A stretch of 62,835 nucleotides of DNA, filler included, from Collodictyon triciliatum (GCA_043381765.1; 6 parts of 6 records of this genome joined end to end with filler, not necessarily neighbours in it), one strand, 5' to 3'; numbered from the whole stretch's first letter, positions 38,701 through 61,260 are shown. The notes: a model not told the origin generated them from the sequence alone. Made by a program: numbers and translations.

Positions 38701-41700
38701 ATGTGGATTGTTTTTTCTGTAGTGCTAGGTTGTATGAAATAGATATTATTAAGAATCGCCTGTAGATTAATTTTAAGACCAATCGTCAGAACACAGAATG
38801 AGTGAACCGTAAAAATAGTCAGTAAAATAGTCAGTAAAATAGTAAATAGTAAAATAGTAAAATAGTAAAATAGTAAAATAGTAAAATAGTAAAATAGTAA
38901 AATAGTAAAATAGTAAAATAGTAAAATAGTAAAATAGTAAATAGCAAAATAGCAAAATAGTAAAATAGCAAAATAGTAAAATAGCAAAATAGTGAAATAG
39001 CGAAATAGTTATAATAGTAAATAATGAAGAGACCTCGATGCAACAAAAAGACCGGATGGGTCTATGCAGACTTTCACAAACTCACCAGAGTCCACAGCTT
39101 TGTAACTTCGAACAACCTAGTTGCATGTATACTTTCTTTTGAATAACGAAATCGTATCCAGTTTAATGTGAACCATTTTTCACACTAAACAAAGGAAAAA
39201 AAGCATAAAATTTTGCTTCTCTGGCGAACAACATTTTCTTAAACAAAGATATAACCTTTCCAGTCGTAAGACTGTGCACGCTTGTCTTCTTATCCTGCCC
39301 GCCAGTGGCCACCACAAATTTATTGGTCACATCGACATCAACATCACACACAGTACCGAAGCAATTTACTTGATGGTCTCTCACGTACCGTCCCTGTGGG
39401 TATAAAAAAACATTAAAAGTATCACATTAAAAGAATTGGATTAAAAAAACACTTCATTTATAATTTTGATATGAACACATAGAAATCTAGAAAAATATAG
39501 AAAAAAACTACAATAGAAAAGAAAGAAAGGTAGCGGGTAAACTTACCATCATCGATGAGCGAAATATCAAAGATTTATCAGAGCTGCCACTGACTAGTCT
39601 TGTTCCATTAGATGAAAACTGCAGACACGTGATTGATGAAGAGTGGTCATCAAGCGTCCAAACGAGAGAGTAATTTCGTGTGACATCAAATATGTGGATC
39701 AATCGGTCACGACTCCCAGTTGCCAACATGTAAGAGTCTGACACTGCATTAACATGAAATAGAAATATGCATTTAATACCCTTCCCAATTTCAATTCTAA
39801 ATATTGGCTCTTCTCATCTTCATCTCTTTCAGAGAACAATTAAACCACACCGCCTGGCTGCCCCGAAGAGTAATCGATATCTAGAATTTCACTATCATGG
39901 GCTTCGATCGATGTGAGCAAGGACCCATCGGATACGTGAAACACCCTAAATAGTGCGCATGTATATGAATATTTGCTTCGACGAACAATAAATGGATATC
40001 AGAAACAGCCTGTTTATAATCAAAGGATTTCAAAAAAGAATTGAGTTGCGAAAAGCGAATACTTGAGATTTCCTTGTCGATCTCCCATGGCAATGTGCAC
40101 GGCATCTGGACTCATTTCACAGCATCGTACACCAGTTTCATTGGCTTGCGATTGGGTCTCTGTGTCTCCTTGAAAAACACATGGTTTAATTATTTATACA
40201 TACGAGGGCTATTTGCAAATACCATGCCATTGATTTATCAGGGCGGTATCACATGCAAAAAGGAAATGATAAAGCGTAATTATTAAATAATCAATAAAGG
40301 AATATACTAAATAATACACTAAAGAGTGCACCAAAGAGTAAGAAAAAGAACATAACAAAATACATAACAAAGAACATAACATAACCAAACAGAATCAAAC
40401 AATAAATAAATTTGGAGCAAGACAAAACCATCTGGGTCACTCGCTTTCATGGGTGAATAGTCTGAACATGTGTAAATAATCTAATATATTTATCAAAAAT
40501 AGGTTTTAATTAATTTTTTTTGGAAGTGCGCATGCGATATGTTCATATGCTTGTTTTCGTACAATTTACTCTCACTCGAACAAGATATACCTTGTGCATA
40601 TCGCGAGAAAGGTTTTCGTGTCGCTCTCTCATCTTGTACTGCATACTATCAGCGTCGTGCGGATTCGAAGAAGAAATACTCCAAAAGCGAATTGTAGAGT
40701 CTGAAGAACACGTAATGAAACTTCCTGCAGGGAATCCTGCCAGTTCCTCCTGTTCTACAGAGCAAGACTGTGCAATAAAGCAATAACCTAATTAGAACAT
40801 CCCAGCACTTAATCAAATTCAAATTAGATAATTACTTTTTGATGAATTGACTATCATACTTTATTCCATGATTTTTGCATTATGGGAATTGCATACCTTT
40901 ATTCCCCAAATACATCCAGCGTGTGCGAGTTGAGACCGATACTTAATGGCCTGAAGGCATAAAGGAAAAGCAGTCATTAGTATTTTTCACATTTCAAATT
41001 TTTTGTTTTATTTTAGATGGATATTCATGCGATTCGCACCTTCTTTGGCTCTAAAACATCCCAAATAAACATAGAATGGTCACTATATAACGCTATCAGT
41101 TTATTGTTCGGCATGGCTGAACACGCAATCACATCGGGATAAGAATAAGCTCCTCTTTTCGAGCCCGAGCTTATGCTTCTGTGATAAAGTTGACAGAAAA
41201 TTTTATATTAGCTTTTACTTGAATAATATAAACCAAATGACCAAAGTAAAGAATAGTCTTTTGCTAAAGTGATGTCGAGCTATCAAGAAACAAACGTATT
41301 TGTTAGCGAGGTTGAACCCAGTGGAGGTGGTTTGGGGAGATTTGCAATAAACTCGAGGGTCAACGGATTAAACAAACTAAATCAAATGCTTCAGTTTAGT
41401 ATCATATTAAAATGAAATAACGCATCTAAACTCATTCCTAGCTTTAAAAGAAAACCATCATATACCGGATTACACCATCGGCACAGCCACAAGCGATATA
41501 GTTTCCTGTCCCAGTAATTGAGAAAGCCCGAGAAGTCTAATGATTAGAACACTCGCTAAGTATGATATAATAAAAGGATCAATAATACCGGAGAAGTTAC
41601 AATTTCTTTCAAAATTTAAAATGGATATCTTACTTTCAAATCGACCCATTTGTCCATCGCATGCGGGAACATATGCGACTCTGATGGCGCAAAAGAGCAT

Positions 41701-43223
41701 AAGAGTCCCTTGCGTGTCACACTGAAAACAGTACTTTTTTCGGTTCCAACCTTAAGGCAACATGCATCAACATAACTGTTTTCTTTATGGCTTCCGAGCA
41801 GTGCCGACCGGACATCCAATGTGATTGCCTGTGAGGCAATTCGTAAGAAATCTGAAATATGTTGCTTCAACTACATGGGGATTATGATATACCTTCGAGA
41901 GAGAGAGAGACAGAAGAATAATGTATAGCGATAAATTATTAAAACCTACCGATGACAGTGACGGGATGACTGGAGGAACAAACCAGAAGCGAACTTGCCG
42001 GGGCCCAGTCGTGACGAAGTAAGAGGAGTCTGCAGCAAAAGTAAGCGATATGATCTGTATGATAGAGTCAAAATAATAAGATGGGAGCCAAGTACATTGG
42101 TGCATCTTTAGTATGATACATATTCTTAACCATTTGTTTGTAATGACAAGAAGGAATCCTACAAACTCATGATGTAGTGAATTGAGAATATTAAAAAAAA
42201 ACCCGAAAGTGGATGAGTTTTAGTACCAAAATTTATGGTTTAACCTGATTTCCGTATTTATTTATCGCTATTATGCGGCTTGCCTTCCAGTCCCAAAGAT
42301 GAATCAGTCCATCGTCAGCATGACCCACTGAAACGAGATATCTGAATACAACATTTAATAAAATAATAAGAGGCAGTTAAGTGGAATTTGTACAGCTGTG
42401 ATACAAATCGAAAGCTTTTTTTTTTCTTTCTTATTTTTTTTTTCGTACTGCATAAACAAAATTGATTAGCTTGCTAATACCTTGAGTCAGGGCTAAACGC
42501 AAGGTGCGAAATCCCGAACTTATGTCCAAGTAATGTGCACAGTACGCGACTCTCCCTCATGTTCCAGACAACAACACCTGGCTGCCGACCGCTCTGACTC
42601 ATGAAAAAATCAAGAAAAATTATGTAACAACTAAAATAAAATCTTCAATACATACTCAAGTAGCATATCATTCAACTCATTATCACCTCTCCCACGGCCA
42701 AATGCGTTCCGTCTGAAGCAAACGCGATGCAGCTGACGGTTTTGTGATTGCGCTGGTCAACTAATAGCCTCGTTTGTCGATCCCGCACTGAATCATACAC
42801 AACCACCGCACATCCTGCAGCGTACGCCACATCGCCCGAAATCGCATCCACAGAGAGTGAAGACCGTGACTGTGTCGTGAAGCCAACAACTTTTTCGAGC
42901 GTCAACTATTAAACTCATGAGAACTGTGGCCAGAAGCAAAAAAAAAAAAATGAAAATAAAAATAAAATAGGATACGAAATAAAGCAAAGCAAAACAAAAC
43001 AAAACAAAGCAAAACAAAACAAAACAAAACAAAACAAAGCAAAGCAAAGCAAAACAAAACAAAACAAAGCAAAACAAAACAAAAAAGCAAAACCTTGCAA
43101 ACTTTCTAAGAATTCAAACAGATATTTATATTACTCAAAACAATTAAATAAAGAAGTAATAATAAAATAATAATAAAATAATAATAAAATAATAATAATA
43201 AATAATAATAATAAATAATAATA

Positions 43224-43322
<99 letters not shown>

Positions 43323-43450
43323 ATAATGAGAGCACAAGGAAACGAGTGAAAACTATTAAACACTGGAGTGGTGTCTAAATCAAACAAGAGATGACTTACG
43401 CTGGTAGATTCGCTCGACTTCTTTTTCGTCACACGCGGTTTCCGATCCAT
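35798..43450 (-). CDS. WDR62: WDR62/MAPKBP1-family WD40 repeat protein
   Basis: ATG 43450. Exons include LTLEKVVGFT...VAYAAGCAVVVY, MDKWVDLK, LATGSRDRLIHIFD...TLDDHSSSIT and [44 protein letters not shown], then a disordered linker and C-terminal ILEKYSDLLISVLKEK*. WDR62 and MAPKBP1 cannot be told apart here (co-ortholog). Confidence 0.9.
38811..39010. repeat. (AAAATAGT)n intronic repeat
   Basis: Directly visible. Confidence 0.95.
42980..43326. repeat. (AAAAC/AAAGC)n and (AAT)n repeats in WDR62 intron 1
   Basis: Directly visible. Confidence 0.95.
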
Positions 43451-45881
43451 AGGCGTAGCTATGAAAAAGGCTGTCCTTTAGTCGTCTCTGAGTAGGATGC
43501 TTTGCCAAGCCCAGCAGGAAAGAAGCGAGCGACATGTTTTTGTTTCGTTTCCCAAGCTCGAATAAGCGAAGCGCCTCGGCATAAGCAAGTTGAAAAATGG
43601 GGGTAATATAAGCTTTGTCGAATATCACTGAGGAAGGCGCATACGGATGATAAAGCGAATGGTTTCTCGATTTGTTAGAGGCAGAAGGGAGGGATGAAGC
43701 GTGGGAATGGTTACTTTGTTGCCACGATATTATGTGTGGGATGACATCCTGTTTTCCTGTTGGTTAAGCTGTTCGAGAGGCTCTTCATGGGTCGCCTATT
43801 CTTTGCGATGAACAGATACAAAAGCTGGCCATGTCAAAAGGAAGAACACGAGTCCTGAGAGCCGATTGTTGCTTCTGGTTGTTCGACTATACGACAAAAC
43901 AAGGCAGAACAATCCGACCTTGATGCAGCCGGATTTAGACGGGCTGAGTGCTAGTTGCAATGAAGAGTGTGCGATTCGGATGATGGCTTCTATTTTCTTT
44001 TTAGAAATCCACAAGACTCGTCGCCCCTGTGTAAAGTTCTTCCATATTTTTTTAATTCACTAGAAGGAAATAAAGCGATTCAAGATTCGTTGATTGGTTG
44101 TGAATATTACTTCACAGCAAAAATAATAATAATAATTAAATAAAAAAACACCTAATGCCCACGATTTTCTGAGTAATTTAAGATTCAATCTCTATCTATA
44201 CCTTGATTATGGCTTCATTCAAAAGCGTTGCTTTGGATTCTCTCATTTTCTTTCAACGATATATAATCGTGCAACTGGCTTGAATTCCGATGGCAACATT
44301 AGTGCGCCTATCTACAAGAAATATATGTGCGGGCTTTCAATTCACCTATTATTATCACTTTCCTTTGTCAATATGATAGTTTTATTCTACATCTAGGCGT
44401 TTCTTTCCGTCTTCAAATAATAATACCACAACAAACCAATGCCGAAAGAAAGACTCGGATATAATCATATGGCTAATGGAATACGACAAAAAAAAATGCG
44501 CTTCCCTATATCTCCAAAGCCGTGCGGTTCATCCAACACTTTTTTCTTATCTCACATCGGCTCAGAGATACAAGCTTTTTTGGCCAGTGTTGACGAATCC
44601 AGCTGGCACCGTATGCAAGACGCATGAAATATGTTGTGGATAGATGGAAACGAAATGCCGCCTGCAGCCAACCAATCCACACACGCCATTCAGCACGCGG
44701 GGGTTTATTAGTTTTCTACATTCTAATGCACCCAATCAACATAACGTTGCTGTTTCGCCCAGTCTCAAAATGAAACATACAGCACACGGGGAAATGGCAT
44801 CTTATTGTTTATAATTTCCGCATANNNNNNNNNNNNNNNNNNNNNNNNNNNNNNNNNNNNNNNNNNNNNNNNNNNNNNNNNNNNNNNNNNNNNNNNNNNN
44901 NNNNNNNNNNNNNNNNNNNNNNNNNNNNNNNNNNNNNNNNNNNNNNNNNNNNNNNNNNNNNNNNNNNNNNNNNNNNNNNNNNNNNNNNNNNNNNNNNNNN
45001 NNNNNNNNNNNNNNNNNNNNNNNNNNNNNNNNNNNNNNNNNNNNNNNNNNNNNNNNNNNNNNNNNNNNNNNNNNNNNNNNNNNNNNNNNNNNNNNNNNNN
45101 NNNNNNNNNNNNNNNNNNNNNNNNNNNNNNNNNNNNNNNNNNNNNNNNNNNNNNNNNNNNNNNNNNNNNNNNNNNNNNNNNNNNNNNNNNNNNNNNNNNN
45201 NNNNNNNNNNNNNNNNNNNNNNNNNNNNNNNNNNNNNNNNNNNNNNNNNNNNNNNNNNNNNNNNNNNNNNNNNNNNNNNNNNNNNNNNNNNNNNNNNNNN
45301 NNNNNNNNNNNNNNNNNNNNNNNNNNNNNNNNNNNNNNNNNNNNNNNNNNNNNNNNNNNNNNNNNNNNNNNNNNNNNNNNNNNNNNNNNNNNNNNNNNNN
45401 NNNNNNNNNNNNNNNNNNNNNNNNNNNNNNNNNNNNNNNNNNNNNNNNNNNNNNNNNNNNNNNNNNNNNNNNNNNNNNNNNNNNNNNNNNNNNNNNNNNN
45501 NNNNNNNNNNNNNNNNNNNNNNNNNNNNNNNNNNNNNNNNNNNNNNNNNNNNNNNNNNNNNNNNNNNNNNNNNNNNNNNNNNNNNNNNNNNNNNNNNNNN
45601 NNNNNNNNNNNNNNNNNNNNNNNNNNNNNNNNNNNNNNNNNNNNNNNNNNNNNNNNNNNNNNNNNNNNNNNNNNNNNNNNNNNNNNNNNNNNNNNNNNNN
45701 NNNNNNNNNNNNNNNNNNNNNNNNNNNNNNNNNNNNNNNNNNNNNNNNNNNNNNNNNNNNNNNNNNNNNNNNNNNNNNNNNNNNNNNNNNNNNNNNNNNN
45801 NNNNNNNNNNNNGAGGACAGCCCAAGCAAGGGGGATACCGCACAACTCAGAACACCACGGCGTAGATCTTCCCCAACTGCG

Positions 45882-48352
45882 ATGGAAAGCGAGTGCAACT
45901 GCCCTGCCTGTCTCAAAACATTCGACACGACAAACAAACTCCCGTGCGGCCATGTCTTCTGCGGCGAGTGCGTCTCCAAAGTGGAAAAGCTCTCTCAAAA
46001 GATGAGTACAAATCCGTCCTGCCTCGTTTGCCGTGCCGAGTTCACTGCAGCCTCCGAAGAGAAACCGCACCCGAACTCTGAGTACCACGACAAACTTGTT
46101 TCTCGCATCGACCCAAAGAAAAAGAAAGAATGCAACGACTGCGGAGGAGAACCAAATATGTTTTGCAAGGACAACTGCGGTTTCCTGTGTCAAGACTGCC
46201 ACGATACGCACCATTCTAAAAGAAGGCAAACTGCAGGCCATAAAGTCGTGTGCGTGTTTCTTTGATGCTTTTCATACGGATTAATGGATTATGTCTCTTA
46301 TAATTTAATTTAATTTTGTTCTAATTTAATTTGATTTAATTTAATTTAATTTTGTTCTTATTTATTAATTTGCTTATGCTTCAGAGGCATGCATGAAGCT
46401 GGAAGTACCAGCGGTGTAAATCCTCGTGAATGCATTCTGCATAACTCACCAATCACATCAATTTGCAATCAATGCTGGCCCGTGGCAGAGATGTGCTCGA
46501 CATGTGGATTCGAAGATTTATCAGCAAACAAGTCCCACGAGTTCATAAAGGTCGATAAAATCGAGTACGGCACAATAAAGGAGGGTGAGCTGATCGATGC
46601 TTTGGAGAGTAGAATCACGGAGGTTGCTGAAAAAAAGGCCAAAGCTGAGAATAAGTTGAAGCAGGTCACTCTCTAAATCTGATCTAGACGAGCATTTTTC
46701 TCCTTTTTTTTTTTATAAACCCCCGAAAAGTTTTTTTCCTTCTATTTAAAAGCAATACACACTCAGATTTCACAAGAGAAGGAGGACCAACAGGCTATGA
46801 TTGATAAGTTTCATGAAAGTATTGTGGAAAAAGCCTTGCAACTGAAAGCAAAGCTAACTGAGGCGGTATTTAATGCAAACAAAAATATATGAAATTGATG
46901 ACAATAACGTGACGAGTGCAAAAAGAAAGAATACTTTTTTTTTTGAAAATAACTCTCATCTATTTGACCCAGGTTCAAGTGCAATTCAAGCCGAAGTCGG
47001 ATGCGGTGGAGTCTCTGCGGCAGAGGATTGAAACAGCAGAAAATATCATGGTGCACTCGATTAGCATGTTGAAAGAGTCGAAGGAAATATACGAGCGCGA
47101 ACAAGTGGTTGCAAAGCTTTTCAAGACCTCCATCTACGCCAAGAAGGTGATTGGATTGGAAATCGAAAATATTTCAGAGGCCACCTCTGAAGACGCCTGC
47201 GCGATGTTTTCTGTTGATGGCGATGTCTTGATAGACGAGACTGGCGCGCAATTGCTTGGAAAATCTAGCAAAAAGATAGAGGCAGAGATGGAGGAGCTGA
47301 GGAAAGAGAATGTCGAGTGGAAGCGCAGAGTGGATGAAAAGGAGAATGAGATGAAACATCTCCTAGAGAAAGCAAATGCACTGGAGCGGGAGTTGGTTAG
47401 TTTCCATGAGGAGAAAGAAAGGTTGAGGAAGGAAAAGGAGGAGAAAGAAAGGAAAGAGAAACTCGGCCTTGGGTTCTTCCAAAGAGACTGGAGGTTCAAC
47501 ATCCGGAATTACAAATACGATAGTAAGATTGGGACAAAGGGGGATGGAAATGAACAGTTCAATTACCCATGCGGAATCGCAGTGCATCCAAAAACCGGAC
47601 ATATTTATGTTGCTGGGAACCACCAGCATCGCATCCAAATTTTTGATGAAAACATGAAATACATGAATGCGTTTGGAAGCAGAGGAGGAGGCTCCGGTCA
47701 GTTCGATTGTCCGCTCGGAATCTCGGTATCCTTGAAGGGACACATTGCTGTTTGTGAATGGGGTCCGACTCGAGTTCAAGTGTTTGATGAAAAGCATGCA
47801 GTCGTGGCATTTATCGAGGCCGGCTGCAAGAAAAGTGCGCAGTGTGCACAAGCGGCCGGGTTTGATGGATTTTCAGACCCACGCGATGTTTGTTTTGATG
47901 CCGAAGGAAACCTTTATGTTACTAACAAGGGTAAAAATCGAGTAGACAAGTTCAACGCATCCTTTGAGTTCGAGCGCTCCATCGCACATACGTCCCCGGA
48001 GGGCCTGTGCTGCACGTCAAAGAACCAAATATGCGTTGTTAGTTATGCTGGTGACAGCATCCGTATTTACAACACCGACGGAAGCAACGCCAAAAACCTT
48101 GGTATTCAGAAAGTCTCCAACTACGCTTTTCTGAGTGAAGGCCCAAACAACACGATTCTTGTGAGCGACCATGGCAACCATCGAATATTTGTGTACGACA
48201 TGGAATCCGGCAATCTCGTCCACACATTCGGGTCGTCCTCTTCGTCCGCTGATGGTCAGTTTAGTGGGCCTTGGGGAATCTGCTTCGGTTTGAACCAAAA
48301 GCTTTATGTGAGCGAATACTACGGCCACCGCATTCAGCTGTTCTCTGCTTAA
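45882..48352 (+). CDS. TRIM-NHL-like protein: C3HC4 RING, two B-boxes, coiled coil, NHL repeats (4 exons)
   Basis: RING CPACLKTF...LPCGHVFCGEC...CLVCR; B-box CNDC...FCKDNCGFLCQDCHDTH...GHKV; B-box2 CILHN...CNQC...CSTC...HEF. NHL repeats FNYPCGIAV, FDCPLGISV, FSDPRDVCFD and FSGPWGICF. The frame stays open upstream into the N gap, so the true start may be earlier. Confidence 0.88.
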
Positions 48353-48380
48353 GCAGCCGCATTCGAAGCATACAACCACC

Positions 48381-48471
48381 AAACAAACAAACAAACAAAC
48401 AAACAAACAAACAAACAAACAAACAAACAAACAAACAAACAAACAAACAAACAAACAAACAAACAAACAAA
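48381..48471. repeat. (AAAC)n microsatellite
   Basis: Directly visible just after the TRIM stop. Confidence 0.97.
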
Positions 48472-49246
48472 CCAAGGCGAAGCCAAATAAACCTGGCAAT
48501 AAACGAAAAAGAAAGAAAAGTTTTCTAACTGCCTCTGAGTTGTGATTAAAAAACATGAATCGATAAAACCCTAACACTCTTATTCTTTTACTAGAGAAAA
48601 TAATAGAATAGAAAACTATTTAGAAGGAGATAAATAGAGGTAGAAAGCAACCACAAGAGTTAACTGTGCGTGTTTTTTCTTCTTTGCTTTTCTTTCACCA
48701 TTATTCGTTGGAGCAAGTCGTGTGTGAGATCTTTTTACATAGCGGCTATTTGTTATTTTTTTTTTTTTTTGCATGAAAATATAACACAACAAGGAAAGAA
48801 ACAAGATAAAATAGTGTAAAAACCATATTTATTCTGTTCTCACAGCGCGCCGGCCTTTTTTTTTCTTGACGCGACGCGAGCAAAGTGACCAGCTTTCCAC
48901 CGATCAGAATGCCAAAGAGAGAGGAAACAAAAGAATACCCTCATCAGGACCCGCAGCCCGTCACAGCTGATTCTCAAGACATCAAAGTGTGAGCTCTTTC
49001 TCAAAGTCGAGCCGGAAAAAACAAAAAACAAAAAACAAAAAAAAAAAAAAAAAAAACAAAAAAAAAAAAAAAAAAAAAAAAAAANNNNNNNNNNNNNNNN
49101 NNNNNNNNNNNNNNNNNNNNNNNNNNNNTTAATTAATTAANNNNNNNNNNNNNNNNNNNNNNNNNNNNNNNNNNNNNNNNNNNNTGGTAAAAAAAATTTT
49201 TAAAAAAAGAAAAAAAATTATAAAAAAAAAAAAAAAAAAAACCTCC

Positions 49247-49283
<37 letters not shown>

Positions 49284-49285
49284 AG

Positions 49286-52010
49286 GACCAACAAAGCCAG
49301 TATGCATGCAAAATTATTCGCGGATATCTAGACCCGAAGATAGGCATGGAGCTCAGCAAACGAATGTGTGGCGACCTCTTTACTGCATTTAAAATGCTCT
49401 TTAAAAATGGCTCTTGGACAAAGTCTTTGGTATATTTTGCATGATTTGGGGTTGCAATGTCTTGAAAGTGAGCCACATGGCCATCGATTTCTTACTTTAA
49501 AGTTAGTATATATAGCTGGAACCTTTTGCCAATACCTTATTATTATCTTTACATACATATGTATATTAATTACAGAGAGAGGTGAGAGAATGGGTCAAGT
49601 TTGCGTATTTAGAATCCATGGCATCCATTCATTCCAACATACTTTGTGGGGTCGCTTTTGGGGTCAACAAATCAGCTGAAGAATGGATACTCAAGGTAGT
49701 GCAAATAAACACTTTGTATTCAATCAAAATAAACTATTCAAACATGGTTAAAATACGTGTTGCAACCTGCTAGAAAACGCTCAACAATTTTAAATATCGC
49801 CGGTTTCCAGGTTCCTCAATTCGGGAAAGTAATACTAGTTTATGGAGATAGCGACGTCACTGAAGCTGAAGGGCTTCGGTACTTTACAAATCTTTCTTAT
49901 TCATATTTTTATATCTTTGTTCTTCATATCCCATACCAGATTGGTTGATACGATTATAAACGGATAAAATAATTTACAGGATACATGAAAACATAAGAAA
50001 ACTTGCAGGCGCTCTTGTATCCGAAAATGTTCACTTGATAATAACAAATAGCGTATGTCTGTTCTTTACATATTTTACGATGACACCAGCACATAGTTAC
50101 ACAAAGATTGAAGTGAACAATCTTTTCACATTAGCAAGTGGTTTGTGGCTCTGCAGACTTGAGTGCTTACAAATTGCACTGTGACACAAATGACTTAAAA
50201 CATTTACGCAGAGAACTTTGTTGCGGAATATCAAATATATCAGTAATAAGGAAATTCTAACGGCTATGTAATTATTTCACACCTCATTCTTTATCTACTT
50301 TACATATTTACAAACGTCTTATATTCGTGAAGAGTGCAGAGATCAAGCTCTCTCCGGCAGAATATGAAAATTTCATCATACTCGGGAATTTCAAAACAAA
50401 CAAATCTGTTTTAATCAAGAGAAGAGAAGTCCCAAGTATATGCATACAATATTCCAAATGAATATTTTTTTTAACTTTATACTCGGGCGTCATCGTTCTG
50501 TCTTATATCGTAGTTTTCCTATGACACAGATAAACTTACACATTCATTGCATAGCGAGAGAAATCATTGAAAATTCTGGACCTCAGAATCAGGTTTTGTT
50601 GGCAAAGATGCATATTAATGACATGCGTCCATCTATGGCCAATAGTTTATCTTGCGTGACTGTGTAAAGTGATGAAGATTTAAATAATGAACCAGCTGTC
50701 TGAAGAGCCACACATTGTCACTATATTGGGTGAGAATACCCATTCGAATGCATCTGCGTTCCAGTCACCAAGTAACTCTGTGAACCGTGCCCTCCAACTT
50801 CTCGAAATAGGATTCAAGTCAAACACATTGGTAAGGATACGAAAAAACACAAAAATACAAACGAAAAATCAAAATAAAATTAAGTAATAAAACACAGAAA
50901 AATATAACAAAGAAGGAAAAAAAAAACACATGTCTTTTCTCTCTTTCTTTTCGGATGCATCATACGTAATACGAATATTCTTCGATATGAACTTGGTTTG
51001 ATAGTAATAGAAAGAAACGATAATATATGCGTTTATGCCACTCGGTTGAAAAAATGGCAATTTTCTAAACTTTCGTTCGCACCGACTCGTTCTCTAGGAC
51101 GTTGTTCCTGCGGGAGGATGTTTTGAGGCATTTGCATATTCTGTTTTGACAAAGTGCTCTGATGAGATAGAGGTGAAGCATGAAACCATGCCCCCTCTTT
51201 TTCATATAATTTTTTTAAATTTTTTATGATAGAATATTACATATGGAAATAAAAAAAATCTGCATCTCAATAAAGATTATCGTATGCGACTTTTCTTCTT
51301 TCAAAGCAAAGCAAAGCAAAACAGAGCAAAGTAAAATAAAATAAACAAAATAAAAATAAAAATACAAGAACAAAACAAAAACAAAACAAAACAAAACAAA
51401 ACAAAACAATCTGGAACCTTATGATTTCTTATATATAATTCTTGGCATCAATTAATCGAGACTTGATATTATTTGGAAGGATAAATCGGCCCGCTTGCTA
51501 AACAGTTTAGCAGAGGCCTCCATATCGGTATGTTCTGCGCTCTCAGCAAGTGCTTGTTCAAACCCTCAAAGGTGTCGTTGAGTCAAAAAAAAAAGTTGCT
51601 TTAGTGATAAATGAATAGCTTGTTCTCGTCCGAGTATCTCCAAAGATTAAAATTATTCAACATCAAACCATGAAAAAAAAATCATTTTTTCCAGCATGGT
51701 GACTACTTTGCTCTCACGCCATAGTAGAGGGAATCACACGCATGGAATCGACTTCGAATCCGGTGTTGTTGGGGACTTGTCATCTTCTGGTTCGCCGATA
51801 TGTGAACATACGAATTTATCACAATATAATATGCATAGATTCAAGTTATATTTTAGTACCAAAGAATTTTAAAAAAAGGGAACCATTTTCCATGCTTGAG
51901 CAGGTCCGTTCACCTTCGTCCATGAAAAGGTTGCTGTTTATCAAAAAGCTGTCGATATCGTGTGCGCGATTCTTCGAATCAATTGCGTTTTTGTCACCTC
52001 CTCAAAATAG
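49286..52010 (+). CDS. Divergent group II chaperonin-like BBS protein, most like BBS10 (5' part missing in the gap)
   Basis: Spliced exons: IIRGYLDPKIG, ENVHLIITNS, PHIVTILGE...NRALQLL, VVPAGGCFE, LLNSLAEA, HGIDFESGVVGD and KVAVYQKAVDIVCAILRIN; stop TAG 52008-52010. The C-terminal pattern is CCT-fold but too divergent for canonical CCT1-8. Confidence 0.65.
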
Positions 52011-52369
52011 CATTTCATCTCATATTTTTTTGAAAATTATTTTATTCTGATACAAATCCAATCTGTCTTTTTTTTTTTTCCTTCCTAAATTCAGCAACAC
52101 CACACTATATAAACTTTTTTTTTGACATTTGAATCTTAAACTTCTGGAGAATTGATGATTGGAGCAAGAGTCTGTTCGTTTGGGAATGAAATAAAATAAT
52201 AAAAGAGAAAGAAGGATGCCACGAAAGCCCAGAATTACATGTCACAATACAGGTCGCACAGTTGGCTGCAGTGACGTGACTGCTTTTTGAGAGTGTAGTT
52301 GCAAAGGATGTACATGTTCAACCTACAGACAAACATATTAAATGTCAGCCTCTGGCTTCTTTGGCGCAA

Positions 52370-56994
<4,625 letters not shown>

Positions 56995-57593
56995 CAAAAC
57001 ACCACGACTCTTGCTCTGTTTCTGTCTCGAGGGCCTTTCCTTGTCGTGTGGCAAAGGGAAGGAGTCAGAGGAAAGCAACAGCCTTTCCCCAGCAAAGAAC
57101 ACCCCACAACACACAGCCCACGAAAGCCCCACAGAAGAACGCGCTTCAGGGTACGTTTAAAAAAAAGTAATAGTTTTCTGTGTATATAATAAGAAAAAAA
57201 AAAAAGGAAAGAAAACAGGGACTCTCCGCTTATGACCAAGAAGCAAACACGAACCCAAACCCCGCCTTCCTACCACTTGCCGATGGTCACACGAAACAGA
57301 AACGCCGGGGGCGGCGAAGAGCGATACAGCCTCATCAGTCCGCATCGACTTCTCACAACAACAGCAAGACACGAAAAAAGCTCATGGCCTCTGTGCGCAT
57401 CCTCAAGCCCCACCAGCGCGGATTCGAATATGTGGTGCCTTCCAAACGCGGAATTTAGCTGCAACAACCAAAGTACCCTAAGCCAAGGCGCTAAGCGTCG
57501 TTTATCGGATGGATTTATGGCAGCCTTTGGCATCACTCTCTCTCGCGGTGACTCTCACTCTCTCCCTTTTCAGTCTGCTGCGGGGTGGGGCTG

Positions 57594-61011
<3,418 letters not shown>

Positions 61012-61260
61012 GTCTGAGATTGCTGCAGCTGTCTTGTAAAGTCAACGCGTCACATTCTGAACAAAAGTCTGGCAGAAGAAGAAGGAAAGCAAAAAAAAAA
61101 AAAAAAAAAACACACAAGAAACAACGGGGGGCGGGGACAAGGCCCACCGAAAAAAAACACNNNNNNNNNNNNNNNNNNNNNNNNNNNNNNNNNNNNNNNN
61201 NNNNTTAATTAATTAANNNNNNNNNNNNNNNNNNNNNNNNNNNNNNNNNNNNNNNNNNNN

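Noticed and set aside
44805-45812. Long ORFs spanning N runs, and homopolymeric ORFs elsewhere (poly-I/L/Y/F)
   Set aside because: Artefacts of gaps and microsatellites.
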